A stretch of 64,000 bases of DNA from a virus (taxonomy: Duplodnaviria > Caudoviricetes). The stretch is from IMG/VR virus record IMGVR_UViG_3300029288_000161, positions 6,937-70,936 of that record. One strand, given 5' to 3'. The position numbers and the translations under genes were made by a program. Shown one piece after another: positions 1 through 10,154 of the stretch (positions are counted from its first letter, which is position 1; each line of letters opens with the position of its first letter). The notes beneath the pieces are model-generated. The model worked only from the letters and a program-made list of their open reading frames with translations, had not been told where the DNA came from and did not search any database.

Positions 1-648
1 AAGGAGATCACCGATTTTAACTTTTGGTTCAGGTACCAACCCGGAAATAGTACCGGCAGTTCCTATTTTCCAGAAATCACCCTTCCTGACTGCACCTGCA
101 GTACCGCTTCCATTTGTTGGAAGTTCACCCGTTGTGGGATCATAAGGCCCTCTATATTTTTCATCAGCATTGCCCGCTCCCACCACAGCAGCGAACTCAT
201 CCTTTGTGCCGACATATTTATAAAATGAAATGGTCGGGGGCATATTAACCGGAGCCCCGGCATAGAAATATAATACTCTTGAATATTTGGCTTTCAACCA
301 TCGATTTTGTCCGGATGGTATTACATTACCGAGACTATCTTTAACTACCCAATTATAAGAACCATCTCCGTAATTAAAAGGGATGGCATCTATCAAATCC
401 GCATGATAAAATGCTTTATTGTTTCCCGGAACCTGAACCAGGGCAACATCCACCTTCCTTTGAACCACTCCCAACGTTTCGTCTGGATCGAGCGTAGGAG
501 CCGTCGTTGGAATCAAACTTCTTTCAGTCCAGATACGATCATCCAGTGGCGATTCCTCAAAATACTCTTTATCAGTATTTGATTCTATCACCCCCTGCGA
601 TAACTTGAAAAGAAGAAAAATTGCTTCCTGTTGTGTTAGTAATTCCAT
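1..648 (-). CDS. Tail fibre or virion structural protein, truncated by the window edge (not in the ORF track)
   Basis: Translated by hand: ATG at 648, 216 codons with no stop to base 1 (MELLTQQEAIF...YRGPYDPTTGELPTNGSGTAGAVRKGDFWKIGTAGT...). The G-Y-D...GD-W...AGT segment is typical of tail-fibre repeats. Abuts the gene at 651-2354. Confidence 0.7.
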   Translation of the reverse strand, partial: MELLTQQEAIFLLFKLSQGVIESNTDKEYFEESPLDDRIWTERSLIPTTAPTLDPDETLGVVQRKVDVALVQVPGNNKAFYHADLIDAIPFNYGDGSYNWVVKDSLGNVIPSGQNRWLKAKYSRVLYFYAGAPVNMPPTISFYKYVGTKDEFAAVVGAGNADEKYRGPYDPTTGELPTNGSGTAGAVRKGDFWKIGTAGTISGLVPEPKVKIGDLL

Positions 649-650
649 TT

Positions 651-2354
651 TTAAACAATATTAGTCACTGTGATTGTTTGAAATTTTTTTGTCGTATCAC
701 TCGGCAATCCGATCCGAATGTACAGCAATCCTGTTCTCGGTGTTGGTCCAAAAGTTACCCTTTTCACCGTTGCCGAACTTTGGTTATATACCATTGAAGG
801 ATCACCATTATTAACAGGGCTTCCCACACCCGGATAAGAAGCATTCGCATCGATCCATCCGGTAGCTCCATCGACTTTAATATAAATCCGGATATCAGGA
901 GTTTCAACCCCTGAAAAATTGACTGCCCCAATGAAATTAATGGTAAACCCGGAGGCATTATTTAAAGAAATTGCAGCTATCGGAACGACATATCTCCATC
1001 CCGTTCCCATTCCAGAACTATAATCGGGCCCTGCGACCGGGAGATTGCCTGAAAAATTACCGGCGGGCCATTGATGAATTCCATTTAATTGCTGCAGTTC
1101 CTCAGTATAAACAGTTTTTAAATCCTGTTCAGGATCAAAAGATGCACCATAACCGGAAGCAGGGTATTGACCACTGCCGGAAGTTCTTCTATTGGTTTCA
1201 TTTGAAACAAGATCAACCCTTGCACCGGTTGCATGGTTATTAATGGTTCCTGCCACCGCTTTACTATTGTATCCGAAGATGGAAATAATAATATCTTCTG
1301 AATAAACTGCAGCTAAAACATTGACTTCCTTATCGACAAATAGCAAATCTGCACCTTCAGCAGGTGTGGATGCGGGGGGAGCAATGTCGAGAGAGCTTAC
1401 CTGTAAACCGGAAAGATTTGCAACCTTAGTCGGATGATAATGTTTTCCCACAGCCCCTTCAACAGTAAATGCCAGTAAAATATCATCTCCTTGGGATAAA
1501 CTCGGTACCCCGGAAACATATCGGCTTACTGAAACAGGCAAAGTAACAAATACGGCAGAAATTGTTACTAATCCTGGATCATCAACGTTAAATGTAAGCA
1601 AGGCACTGGCTCCAGTTATGGAATGAACGAGCCTGTAAGTATGTTGAGCAAGTGATAAAGCAGTGTCCGAAATGATACGGGCCAATAGAACTTTATAAAT
1701 ACCCTGCCCGATTTCTCCCTGCAAAGGATCACTTTCATTAACGATTATTAGTGATGAATATGTCCCTGAATCATCCCCTGCAGTTAATGTTTTAACCCCA
1801 TCTGCAACCGTATCAATTTCAGCAGTCAAATCACCGGCATCGGCATTGTAAACATCTGCGATTTCGGCTTGTGGGGTTGTATCATCGGTACATTGATGGC
1901 TCGTTCCTGTTCCGGATGCAACTGCTGTATATAATGCCATTACCAAACTTCTCCCTGCAAGATTAGCAGGTGGAGCCGGTATAAGGGCATTGATCTTAGC
2001 ATCATGATCATCGAGCGCATCCTGAACATTGGTGAATACTAAATGGGCATAAGTTACGATTGCAGCTGATATCCCTCCTCCACCGGAGCCCTGCAGGACA
2101 AATTTAGCAGGATGGGAATCCGGAGTTTCCCCGGCAATGGTTACAGCAATGGTAATGTAAATATTATCGTTATAACTGATGAACTCGTTTTGTTCATAAA
2201 TCTTCGTGGGCTGATATTTTTCAATCAATCCCCGGCTCTGGATAACATTGATCAATTCCGTTTGCAGTAATGTCCCGGTTATGGATTTTGTTCCATTAGC
2301 CTTTATTTTATCGATTATGCCCTGTATCAAGGCAACCGTGCCTTTATTTGCCAT
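651..2354 (-). CDS. Tail fibre or baseplate-attached structural protein (567 aa)
   Basis: N-terminal IKANGTKSITGTLLQTELINVI resembles the docking segment of Bacteroidota phage fibres, followed by a carbohydrate-binding-like YxxNxxxxYxxxxY...GETP segment and a beta-rich remainder. Lies in the fibre cluster. Confidence 0.65.
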   Translation of the reverse strand: MANKGTVALIQGIIDKIKANGTKSITGTLLQTELINVIQSRGLIEKYQPTKIYEQNEFISYNDNIYITIAVTIAGETPDSHPAKFVLQGSGGGGISAAIVTYAHLVFTNVQDALDDHDAKINALIPAPPANLAGRSLVMALYTAVASGTGTSHQCTDDTTPQAEIADVYNADAGDLTAEIDTVADGVKTLTAGDDSGTYSSLIIVNESDPLQGEIGQGIYKVLLARIISDTALSLAQHTYRLVHSITGASALLTFNVDDPGLVTISAVFVTLPVSVSRYVSGVPSLSQGDDILLAFTVEGAVGKHYHPTKVANLSGLQVSSLDIAPPASTPAEGADLLFVDKEVNVLAAVYSEDIIISIFGYNSKAVAGTINNHATGARVDLVSNETNRRTSGSGQYPASGYGASFDPEQDLKTVYTEELQQLNGIHQWPAGNFSGNLPVAGPDYSSGMGTGWRYVVPIAAISLNNASGFTINFIGAVNFSGVETPDIRIYIKVDGATGWIDANASYPGVGSPVNNGDPSMVYNQSSATVKRVTFGPTPRTGLLYIRIGLPSDTTKKFQTITVTNIV

Positions 2355-2559
2355 CGCCTGATTCTTTTAATTTTTTCTTCATGCTTTCAATAGTTGCAAG
2401 CCCCCCAATTACCCTCTCCCGTTCCTGATACATGCCATTCAACCTGGCCTGCATCTGATCCATTTCCTGATGGGCTTGATTGAGCATCCCATCTAAATTT
2501 GTTAATTGCGAGCGGAGTTCTCTTTCTTCATTTTCAAAAATTTCAGCTTTCATGTTCAT
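2344..2559 (-). CDS. Small coiled-coil protein, possible fibre assembly factor
   Basis: 71 aa with heptad pattern; overlaps both neighbouring fibre genes. Confidence 0.5.
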   Translation of the reverse strand: MNMKAEIFENEERELRSQLTNLDGMLNQAHQEMDQMQARLNGMYQERERVIGGLATIESMKKKLKESGDGK

Positions 2560-4343
2560 TAGTTTTTAAGTGAATCAACTTCTTTTTTCAGGTCCTGAAT
2601 GGCTTTTATTAAGATGGGAATAAAACGATCATATTGAATTGACCAATAACCGGTGTCAGGTTTATCAACAAAGGAGCCCATAACTTCATTTAATTCCTGC
2701 GCAATCATACCTGTCCGTAATTTTTCATTTTTAATAAAGTTAAAATCCCGAACACGAACCTTCATAATGTCATTTAATCCTGATTTTGTATCGACGATAT
2801 TTTCCTTTAATCTCTGATCAGAAGGGCTATGAGTTTGGTTTAAACCCCAAATTTCTATACCTCTTATTCCACTTTCAGCATTACCAATGTATCCATCGAC
2901 ACCTCCATAAACATTCATAAATCGAATCCATTCATATTTTCCTTCAGGGCTATTCCAAACTGGTAATTGGACATTTATACCGACACATTTTGGATAGGAA
3001 GCATCATCTTGAGCTACACCTCCAGTTGCAACCCATAAAATATGAGGATACGAACCATGTATTCCTTTTCCAGAAAATTCATGTCCTATGCCCGTCGTAG
3101 TACCTTCAGCCCTATCGTTATCACGGGCATATAATGAACCATTCAAATATAATTTTCTATCCGCAGAACCAGAGGTACTTCCAATTGCAATCATTCCATC
3201 AGAACGCATATAAATTCCATCTGATTCTCCATCATAAGTAATCCTATGCCCACCTGTGCGCATGCGATTATAAAGCCGTGTAGTTCCAGATGTTATTTTA
3301 TCATAACTCAAATTCGGGATGCGATCCGAACTTAAAGTCCCCTCAGTTATCGCTGAAGCATTATGACCATGATCACCCCTTGCCACTGAATTACCAACTC
3401 CGAAAGTTCCACCGGAACCAATAAAATTATAAATAACATGATTCCCAAGCCCTAAATTCGTCCGGGAAGTCGCTGCAGAATCAAATGTATTATCGCACCT
3501 TCTGGAATTGCTTAAACGGCTATCATTGCCCTGGCAAACTGTATCCGCAGCAGATCCAAAATTTTTATTGAAAGCCGTATTTTTACTGAAAACCGGCTCA
3601 TACGTTCCGGCATGTAAATGATCCGTTCTTGCCACACTTCCTGCTGTTCCAAAGTTTGCACCACTGCCCCCGTAGTTATGGGTTACATGATTCCCCAGCT
3701 GCAAATTATTTCTGAATGTTGCTTTATTGGCAATGTCCGCACCATTTTGATCTATCTTGAGCCTGTTTGCCAGTTCGGTTTGCTGAGTTGTGTTAAGGCT
3801 TTCAATATTTTCAATTCTTAACCTGAACCCATTTTTTGACCAATCCGGGATCACTTCTTTCTGAAACAAAACACCTGCCTCGCTCAGAGATGCCATAGAA
3901 GCGGGTACGTATAAATACCCGATGAGTAATTGCCTGCTCGGATTAGTAAGTGAAGGTTTAACCGGTGAACTGGCAGCCGTCCCTTTGATTACCATGTAAA
4001 CCCCCGGAACTCCTCCGGTTACTTCTGAATAGTAATGCTCAACCACAATGGCATCCCATCTCGGTAAAGCTCCGCCGGGATCAATACTTAGGATAATACT
4101 TTCATTTTCTTTTATCGTGACACCCTGCTTCGTAATAAGTACACCAATGGGATCAGACAATAGTTCGTTTTTATCATAGTATTGAATTCCTGATGTTACA
4201 TGTGCCAAAATGAAATTAAAACCGGCTTGCTGCTGCCAATCAAAACCCCTGTAAACCCCTGGTTCTATTAAACCAAGAAGCCTCTGGTTCATCTCAAATG
4301 TTGAATCGTCGGCACGAAATTCAAATGTTCGGAATTGGCTCAT
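2559..4343 (-). CDS. Tail fibre with C-terminal intramolecular chaperone (peptidase S74-like)
   Basis: C-terminal SDQRLKENI...GMIAQEL...YDRFIPILIKAIQDLKKEVDSLK signature; two internal RxNLxLGNHV...GSVARxDHxH repeats; follows the baseplate wedge gene. Confidence 0.85.
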   Translation of the reverse strand: MSQFRTFEFRADDSTFEMNQRLLGLIEPGVYRGFDWQQQAGFNFILAHVTSGIQYYDKNELLSDPIGVLITKQGVTIKENESIILSIDPGGALPRWDAIVVEHYYSEVTGGVPGVYMVIKGTAASSPVKPSLTNPSRQLLIGYLYVPASMASLSEAGVLFQKEVIPDWSKNGFRLRIENIESLNTTQQTELANRLKIDQNGADIANKATFRNNLQLGNHVTHNYGGSGANFGTAGSVARTDHLHAGTYEPVFSKNTAFNKNFGSAADTVCQGNDSRLSNSRRCDNTFDSAATSRTNLGLGNHVIYNFIGSGGTFGVGNSVARGDHGHNASAITEGTLSSDRIPNLSYDKITSGTTRLYNRMRTGGHRITYDGESDGIYMRSDGMIAIGSTSGSADRKLYLNGSLYARDNDRAEGTTTGIGHEFSGKGIHGSYPHILWVATGGVAQDDASYPKCVGINVQLPVWNSPEGKYEWIRFMNVYGGVDGYIGNAESGIRGIEIWGLNQTHSPSDQRLKENIVDTKSGLNDIMKVRVRDFNFIKNEKLRTGMIAQELNEVMGSFVDKPDTGYWSIQYDRFIPILIKAIQDLKKEVDSLKN

Positions 4344-4395
4344 ATTTTCAATTATTGTTAGTTCCTAATTTACTAATTCTAAAAATCATTCACAA

Positions 4396-5055
4396 TTAAG
4401 TTAAAAAGTCCTCATTAAAATCCTCATTAAAGTCTGCGCCGTCAACCACTTCGATTTCTTCGACATCATTTCCATTATAGGTAACAACATTGAGCGCAGC
4501 ATTTATTGGTTCATTTATTTCAATGACATTAAATACAAATTGGCGCATCTGATCTGTCATTGGAATGGTACCTGTTAATGCAACCTGGTAATACCCGGAA
4601 ACGGAACCAGTTGAATCCAGTACCGGCCTTTCTTCGGAATCCAATGTCAAAGTATCATGATCAAATCCTTCGGATGGAACGCTCTCGGTAATCACACATG
4701 TATCAAAACCTATCATCCTGAAAAATTGAATATAAGCAGGAATACTGCCTTTAATATCATATAGCCTGAAAAGTAATGGGATTAATTTTTTCCTGAAATA
4801 ATTATCAGCAGATATGGGTAAATCAAATCCCATTAGATATTCCTTATAAATGATATACTTATCCAGTACTTCGTATGGGCTGATAATATTGTTAATAAAG
4901 TTGTTAATAAGGCTTAATTCATTATCATCCATATCCCCTGCCAGTAATTCTTCAAATCGCTGGTGAAAACCTTTGTTATCAACATCCTTGTTAATATCAT
5001 CGATTTTGGCTTGGAGCCCGAAGTAATCAAATATTTTATTTTTCAGTATAAACAT
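4396..5055 (-). CDS. Baseplate wedge protein (P2 gpI-like)
   Basis: RKKLIPLLFRLYDIKGS motif typical of gpI-like proteins; directly after the baseplate J-like gene; ends DFNEDFNEDFLT. Confidence 0.7.
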   Translation of the reverse strand: MFILKNKIFDYFGLQAKIDDINKDVDNKGFHQRFEELLAGDMDDNELSLINNFINNIISPYEVLDKYIIYKEYLMGFDLPISADNYFRKKLIPLLFRLYDIKGSIPAYIQFFRMIGFDTCVITESVPSEGFDHDTLTLDSEERPVLDSTGSVSGYYQVALTGTIPMTDQMRQFVFNVIEINEPINAALNVVTYNGNDVEEIEVVDGADFNEDFNEDFLT

Positions 5056-6731
5056 TATGATATCCCTCCCTGACCGGTTATTACGACATCAGAAGAATCA
5101 GCAACAATAATGGAGAATTCATTTAGCTGGATTACACCCTTGTTAAGGTCCGGCTTCGGATAGGTATTGAAAATATAAATGTCATTCGTAACATAACTAT
5201 CCGCTAAAATTGTGAATTCAATTTCCGGCAATGTAATGGTATCCCCTACATTGAAAGTATTTATAAAGGCATTATTCTTAAAGAAATTGAAAGATGTTGA
5301 GGTAACAAATTGAATCTTCCATTGATTAACAACGCTCCCTGCATTTATTACCTCAATGAGCCAATTAAGTGCAATAGTGTCCGGATCACTTGGGGCAGGA
5401 TATGGAATAATGCCGATATTTAGAATCTGGCTATTCTGAATGCCATCCGTTGATTCAAGTGATTCATAAAGATCACCAATTACCAATCTGCCATTTATAT
5501 CTGCACTCTCCCATGAAAGTAATGTTAATACATTAGTTTTTGCCCGGTTTACGGCATCTGCACGATTATATCCCGGAAGTACTGTAACAATTGCTTCTAT
5601 CTGGAGCCTGACTTCTCCCACTGGTTTGGATCGCACTTGGGTTGTTATCATTCTTTTATCATCAAAGAAATCTTCAACTGCAGTTAAAAGTACGCTGCTT
5701 GCAATACCCCCCCCAACGGGAACAATATAAACAGTCACTCCGGTTGTAATATCAAAGGAAACATCAGCTTTTGCCACTCCCGGGGCCAATATTGCAATAT
5801 CCCTATAATCCTGTTCTGTTACTGCCCTCATTTTTGTCCTTAGAGAAAGAGGGATGTTTTTTCTCAAATCCTCAAGGCTTTCAATATCTGATCCGCCATT
5901 TGTCGGGTCCTCATTATAACATTCAATGGTAAGGCTTCCCGGAAGGGTTATAGTATCCACAATTTCTACAATGGAATTTGCAGGAACATTGCCCGATTTA
6001 CCTATACTCGTATAATATTCCAGTTCTATGTTTGCAGCTGATTGAGGAATTTCCCCGGTAATATCATCACCAAACCGGATGATCATTGCCTGATCCTTAT
6101 TTAATCCTCCAACAAAGTGTCTGTCTTCGGGTTTTGAAAATGCGAAGGTATCAACGTGGGTAAATATCTGCGTTCCTGCAACGGTAACAGCTATCGATTT
6201 ATCTGCAACATTCTCCTCTAATACGATAACCTGATTTTGTGAACCATCAGATTGCCCCCATACAAATTTTTCAACATGTGTCCATTGCTTGACATTGGCA
6301 TCGACAGTTGTTTCCCCTATGCCGATTGTCACTTCTTCCAATGTAAGAAATTCAATTAATTGCGGAGTTTGAACCTTAGTTCCTGCAGGAATGATGATGG
6401 GTGATGGCGCCGCTTCGCTAACTTCAAACGTTACCTGCCCCGTCGATGGTACCACACCATGAATCCTGTAATTTGCAGCATTGGCATGATCAACCATGCT
6501 GTCATATTTCCGGCACGTTGATAGAAATGCTTCCCTTGCCCGATGATCCAGATAATATCCCAACATTTCACCAATCCCGCTCCAGATGGTTACCATTTTG
6601 ATAAATTCATTCGAAGGGGTATGATCGGTTATCTCCGGAATACCATTAATGGGATTCTTTATCTTAGCGATGATGGCATCCCTAATTTGAAAGTAGCTGC
6701 GCTGTACATAGCCAATCCAAGGATTATTCAT
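5055..6731 (-). CDS. Baseplate wedge subunit (baseplate J / T4 gp6-like)
   Basis: IPAGTKVQT, SDGSQNQ, GGSDIESLEDLR...RAVTEQDY...PGVAKA motifs. Confidence 0.9.
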   Translation of the reverse strand: MNNPWIGYVQRSYFQIRDAIIAKIKNPINGIPEITDHTPSNEFIKMVTIWSGIGEMLGYYLDHRAREAFLSTCRKYDSMVDHANAANYRIHGVVPSTGQVTFEVSEAAPSPIIIPAGTKVQTPQLIEFLTLEEVTIGIGETTVDANVKQWTHVEKFVWGQSDGSQNQVIVLEENVADKSIAVTVAGTQIFTHVDTFAFSKPEDRHFVGGLNKDQAMIIRFGDDITGEIPQSAANIELEYYTSIGKSGNVPANSIVEIVDTITLPGSLTIECYNEDPTNGGSDIESLEDLRKNIPLSLRTKMRAVTEQDYRDIAILAPGVAKADVSFDITTGVTVYIVPVGGGIASSVLLTAVEDFFDDKRMITTQVRSKPVGEVRLQIEAIVTVLPGYNRADAVNRAKTNVLTLLSWESADINGRLVIGDLYESLESTDGIQNSQILNIGIIPYPAPSDPDTIALNWLIEVINAGSVVNQWKIQFVTSTSFNFFKNNAFINTFNVGDTITLPEIEFTILADSYVTNDIYIFNTYPKPDLNKGVIQLNEFSIIVADSSDVVITGQGGIS

Positions 6732-6734
6732 AAT

Positions 6735-7124
6735 TTATGCAATTAATTCTCTGTAAAATGGATAAATAAAACTGTCAATTTCATTGCGTTGTTTATGCGC
6801 AAAATAAATAATGATATTCTTTTGGGCTTCTCCAACATTCTGAAATCTTATATCGAGAATCCTGGCCCTCTTTTCCCACTTCGCTAAAGCGTCGAGAACA
6901 TGAAACCGGATAAGGCTTTCAAGAATCCTGTCGTTGGTTTCAAACTTCAATTTTTGAAGATTGCTTCCGAAATCCTCCATCATGAAATATGATCCAACAG
7001 GAGTGCTAAGAATGACAAATATGGACTGTTTTATTGAGTCCATGCCATCCACTTTAGCCACCTGCGCCCTGTCTGTTGGCTGAATTGGATACTTAAACGA
7101 TCTTCCTAAATAATCAAAAGCCAT
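6735..7124 (-). CDS. Baseplate wedge / sheath initiator (gp25 / GPW-like)
   Basis: IKQSIFVILSTPVGSYFMMEDFGS...WEKR matches the gp25 family pattern; 129 aa. Confidence 0.85.
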   Translation of the reverse strand: MAFDYLGRSFKYPIQPTDRAQVAKVDGMDSIKQSIFVILSTPVGSYFMMEDFGSNLQKLKFETNDRILESLIRFHVLDALAKWEKRARILDIRFQNVGEAQKNIIIYFAHKQRNEIDSFIYPFYRELIA

Positions 7125-7142
7125 AATAATAAATTTACAAAA

Positions 7143-7415
7143 TTAAACCGGCTTATCGGCTATAATCCCCGTGAGGTTACCCGATGCTGTGACCGGCCCG
7201 GTAGAACTCACAAAAGCTGCTGTTACAACATCCGCAGGTGTAATTAAACATTGTTTTCCCTGAAGGATTCTTTCCACGTAGCTTGTTACTGCATCTGCCA
7301 GCATATTTGCTTCTTTATCGATTGCATCGTCCTGGCTTTTGCCTTCGGTACCATCATAAACTTTCAATTCGTTTTTAATGGCCCTATAATCACTTATGAA
7401 TTGTTGTTTGCTCAT
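7143..7415 (-). CDS. Small baseplate protein, possible spike tip
   Basis: 90 aa, between the spike and gp25-like genes; function inferred from position only. Confidence 0.45.
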   Translation of the reverse strand: MSKQQFISDYRAIKNELKVYDGTEGKSQDDAIDKEANMLADAVTSYVERILQGKQCLITPADVVTAAFVSSTGPVTASGNLTGIIADKPV

Positions 7416-8074
7416 TTCATCAAGGTATTAATGTCCGTTTTAGCTTGGTTTAATTGGGTGACTGTATTGGGAGCAAAATTACCGGGTCCGGAAGGGGTTG
7501 TAATCACTGCCTGAATAAGAGAGTCGAGCCACGAATCCAAGATTGTTTTAAAGTTTTTCCCGCCAAAATTGATACTTATTTTATCCGAAATCTCAACATT
7601 ATTATCACCAAATTTGATCAACACTTTATCTTTATTGGCAGTAATTGAAATGGAATCATCAAATCTCAGTTCAATGAGTTCATTTACCTCATCCAATAAA
7701 AACCGATATCCTTTCGGTGTAGTAATTAAATATTTTCCTATTTCGGCATCCTTCGGGGCATAATCTTTTGGTATCCATCCATAATTCCATATCGGATATT
7801 CAGGCATACCATTTTCAAATTCAACCCAAACAGGATCGCCAACTTGGGGAATACCATAAATCCCGATCCCCTTACCAGTGAACATTCCTTTTGGCAATGC
7901 CCACTTTTTAAAAGCCTTATCACCATAAACAGCCGGACATTTCACAATTAACCTGCCACGAATATCCGGATCGTTATTATCTTCGACAGTTCCTTTATAG
8001 TTGCCATAAAACATGCCATAATACTCAAGCCCGTGTTTTTGTATATTTTCCCTGAATTCTAAAAATGGGTTCAT
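7412..8074 (-). CDS. Baseplate central spike (gpV / gp5 / VgrG OB-fold)
   Basis: YKGTVEDNNDPDIRGRLIVKCP...IPQVGDPVWVEFENGMPEYPIW is the Gp5 OB-fold signature, followed by short beta-helix repeats. Confidence 0.9.
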   Translation of the reverse strand: MNPFLEFRENIQKHGLEYYGMFYGNYKGTVEDNNDPDIRGRLIVKCPAVYGDKAFKKWALPKGMFTGKGIGIYGIPQVGDPVWVEFENGMPEYPIWNYGWIPKDYAPKDAEIGKYLITTPKGYRFLLDEVNELIELRFDDSISITANKDKVLIKFGDNNVEISDKISINFGGKNFKTILDSWLDSLIQAVITTPSGPGNFAPNTVTQLNQAKTDINTLMK

Positions 8075-9243
8075 TTCTTTATCTCCTTTCCATTTTCATC
8101 ATAGTAAACTAAGCCCACTTTTGTTGTCTGATCCGGATTCTTTTGCCCGACGGTGTTATTAACTTTTTTAACATCCCCGCTTTGGCTCGAAACCGTTTTA
8201 TTGGTTGCATTCTTTTTTAGGTCCAAGGTTGTCACCCCTCCGGACCCGGTTATCACATTTGTCACTTTTTTAATATACCAGTTGCCTTCATGCTTCTTTG
8301 CGACACCTCCAATTGTGATAATTTCTTCTGTTTCAATATCCGGATCGAGTTCGATAACTAATTCTGCCTCCATAGTATCAAGCATTGCATCATTTTTGAT
8401 ACTTTCCGTTTTCTTTTTTACCTCCGATTGTTTATTATCCGGGGTTACGATATGCCTGCCTCCGTCGGAATCTGAAACCTGAAGTTGATTGCCATTCGCA
8501 TCATAATTTACAAATCTTTTCCCAAGCCCGGATTCGCTCGTATTATCATCATTGGAAAAGAATTTTAAAAGGGAATTCGTATCGGTATCCATTCCGAATG
8601 CACCGACTGTATTGCTGCTTCCATCCTTTTGCTTTACCTGTGGACGAAAACGATTAACAGTCCCATTGGGATCGCCATAAGTAAATACACGCTTTGATTC
8701 TTTTGCGAGGTCTCTGTTTATAAAATAAATCTTATTGTCCCTGACATAAAACTTGAGCCCTTCCTTAGTTGCCAAATACTTGATAAAATTATAATAGGTT
8801 TTACCACCTTGAGGGATCGTATACTTGGTGGTAGTATCTATTATCTCCGTCTCGAAATTAAATTTTTGGGCTATTTCTGCAACGATTTCCGATGATGTTT
8901 TTTCTTCATAGATAATTATTGAAGTTCTTTTTTTCAGGACGAATCCCTGATCGGTGCATTTAATTACATGCTGGATTGAATCGGTATATGTTGTATCGAA
9001 ATCCTTTATTTTGGCGATGCGCTTTGCCGATTGTTTGCCTCCAATGAATCCATAAAAAAAAACCAGTTCCTTACCGACTTCTAATTCTGAACTATCAACA
9101 AAATCAATACTGGCACGGTTGCATCTTAATTCCAGAAGATTATCCTCATCCACAACATCTTCAAACCGGAAATTTGATATAAATTCGGTTATGTCCGTTT
9201 CCTTTTCGGCAGTATAAATCTTATAGAATGGAGCCTTTGCCAT
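8071..9243 (-). CDS. Baseplate hub (late control D / gp27-like)
   Basis: SSEIVAEIAQK, FIKYLATKEG..FYVRD, GNWYIKKVT motifs; sits between the LysM-like and spike genes. Confidence 0.8.
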   Translation of the reverse strand: MAKAPFYKIYTAEKETDITEFISNFRFEDVVDEDNLLELRCNRASIDFVDSSELEVGKELVFFYGFIGGKQSAKRIAKIKDFDTTYTDSIQHVIKCTDQGFVLKKRTSIIIYEEKTSSEIVAEIAQKFNFETEIIDTTTKYTIPQGGKTYYNFIKYLATKEGLKFYVRDNKIYFINRDLAKESKRVFTYGDPNGTVNRFRPQVKQKDGSSNTVGAFGMDTDTNSLLKFFSNDDNTSESGLGKRFVNYDANGNQLQVSDSDGGRHIVTPDNKQSEVKKKTESIKNDAMLDTMEAELVIELDPDIETEEIITIGGVAKKHEGNWYIKKVTNVITGSGGVTTLDLKKNATNKTVSSQSGDVKKVNNTVGQKNPDQTTKVGLVYYDENGKEIKK

Positions 9244-9244
9244 G

Positions 9245-9562
9245 TTATTGGTTTAATAAAAAACGGTTGATATCAGGAACTAAAATTTCCCTTCCGATAT
9301 ATTCACTCAAGTCCATTGGATTTTCCAGTTCATTGGCATCAGCAATTACCCACCAATATTTTGGGGCATTGTCGATCATATCCTTATAATAGAGCCACGC
9401 CAGATATGTAATAGTGTCGGTTTCCATTACAGTATGAAAACGATCCTCCTCATTGCCTTCATAAATGATCAAATCCCGGATGAGGTATTGCTCCCCGTTG
9501 ACAAAGTTTTCAACAGTGCCATTCCCATAGAGATCATATTTTTTTAATTCAATAGTTGCCAT
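9245..9562 (-). CDS. LysM-like tail protein (tail X / gp53-like)
   Basis: HTVMETDTITYLAWLYY...WWVIADANELENPMDL...ILVP. Confidence 0.8.
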   Translation of the reverse strand: MATIELKKYDLYGNGTVENFVNGEQYLIRDLIIYEGNEEDRFHTVMETDTITYLAWLYYKDMIDNAPKYWWVIADANELENPMDLSEYIGREILVPDINRFLLNQ

Positions 9563-10152
9563 TATAACCGAACATCAGAAATTAATAAATTTTTCTTTTC
9601 AGTATCCAAAATGAGGTTAATCTGCACCGTCGCCCTCAAAGGATAAAAGCCATTCTCAGCATCAAAATGTGAAAGTACCGGACGCACAGATTGTAAATTC
9701 CAGTAATCCCTGTCAAACATTTTGCCGAATAGAAACTGGATTGTTCTTATTTTGCCTTGGTATCCATCGTTCATTGCAAGGCTCTCAAGCCACCTGATCT
9801 TTCTATAAACATCCTGCCGGGAAGGTTCATCTGAATAAAACTCAAGGGTTGTACTGAGAGTATTTTTCCCATTTACATAATGAAGCAAAGGGTTATTTCT
9901 TGAGACAACCATTATCTCGGTTATATTCGCTTCCCTTGATAATGCCACATTTTCCGGTACAAATTGAACTTCCAGGCGTTCCCCTGTTTCAACCTCAAGT
10001 ATATAAATCAGATGTTCAGTGGTACCGAAATTATAAGATAAACCTCCCTGGTTCGGGGTTGTCTCTTTTTCTTCCGTTTCATTGAAAGGGATTCTCTGTT
10101 GATTAACCAACACATCCCTCAATCGTACTTCCGTTGGAACAAATATTCCCAT
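9562..10152 (-). CDS. Tail tube initiator (CIS tube-like)
   Basis: VQFVPENV...PLLHYVNG..TLSTTLEF...PLRATVQINL; position after tape measure. Confidence 0.7.
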   Translation of the reverse strand: MGIFVPTEVRLRDVLVNQQRIPFNETEEKETTPNQGGLSYNFGTTEHLIYILEVETGERLEVQFVPENVALSREANITEIMVVSRNNPLLHYVNGKNTLSTTLEFYSDEPSRQDVYRKIRWLESLAMNDGYQGKIRTIQFLFGKMFDRDYWNLQSVRPVLSHFDAENGFYPLRATVQINLILDTEKKNLLISDVRL

Positions 10153-10154
10153 GT

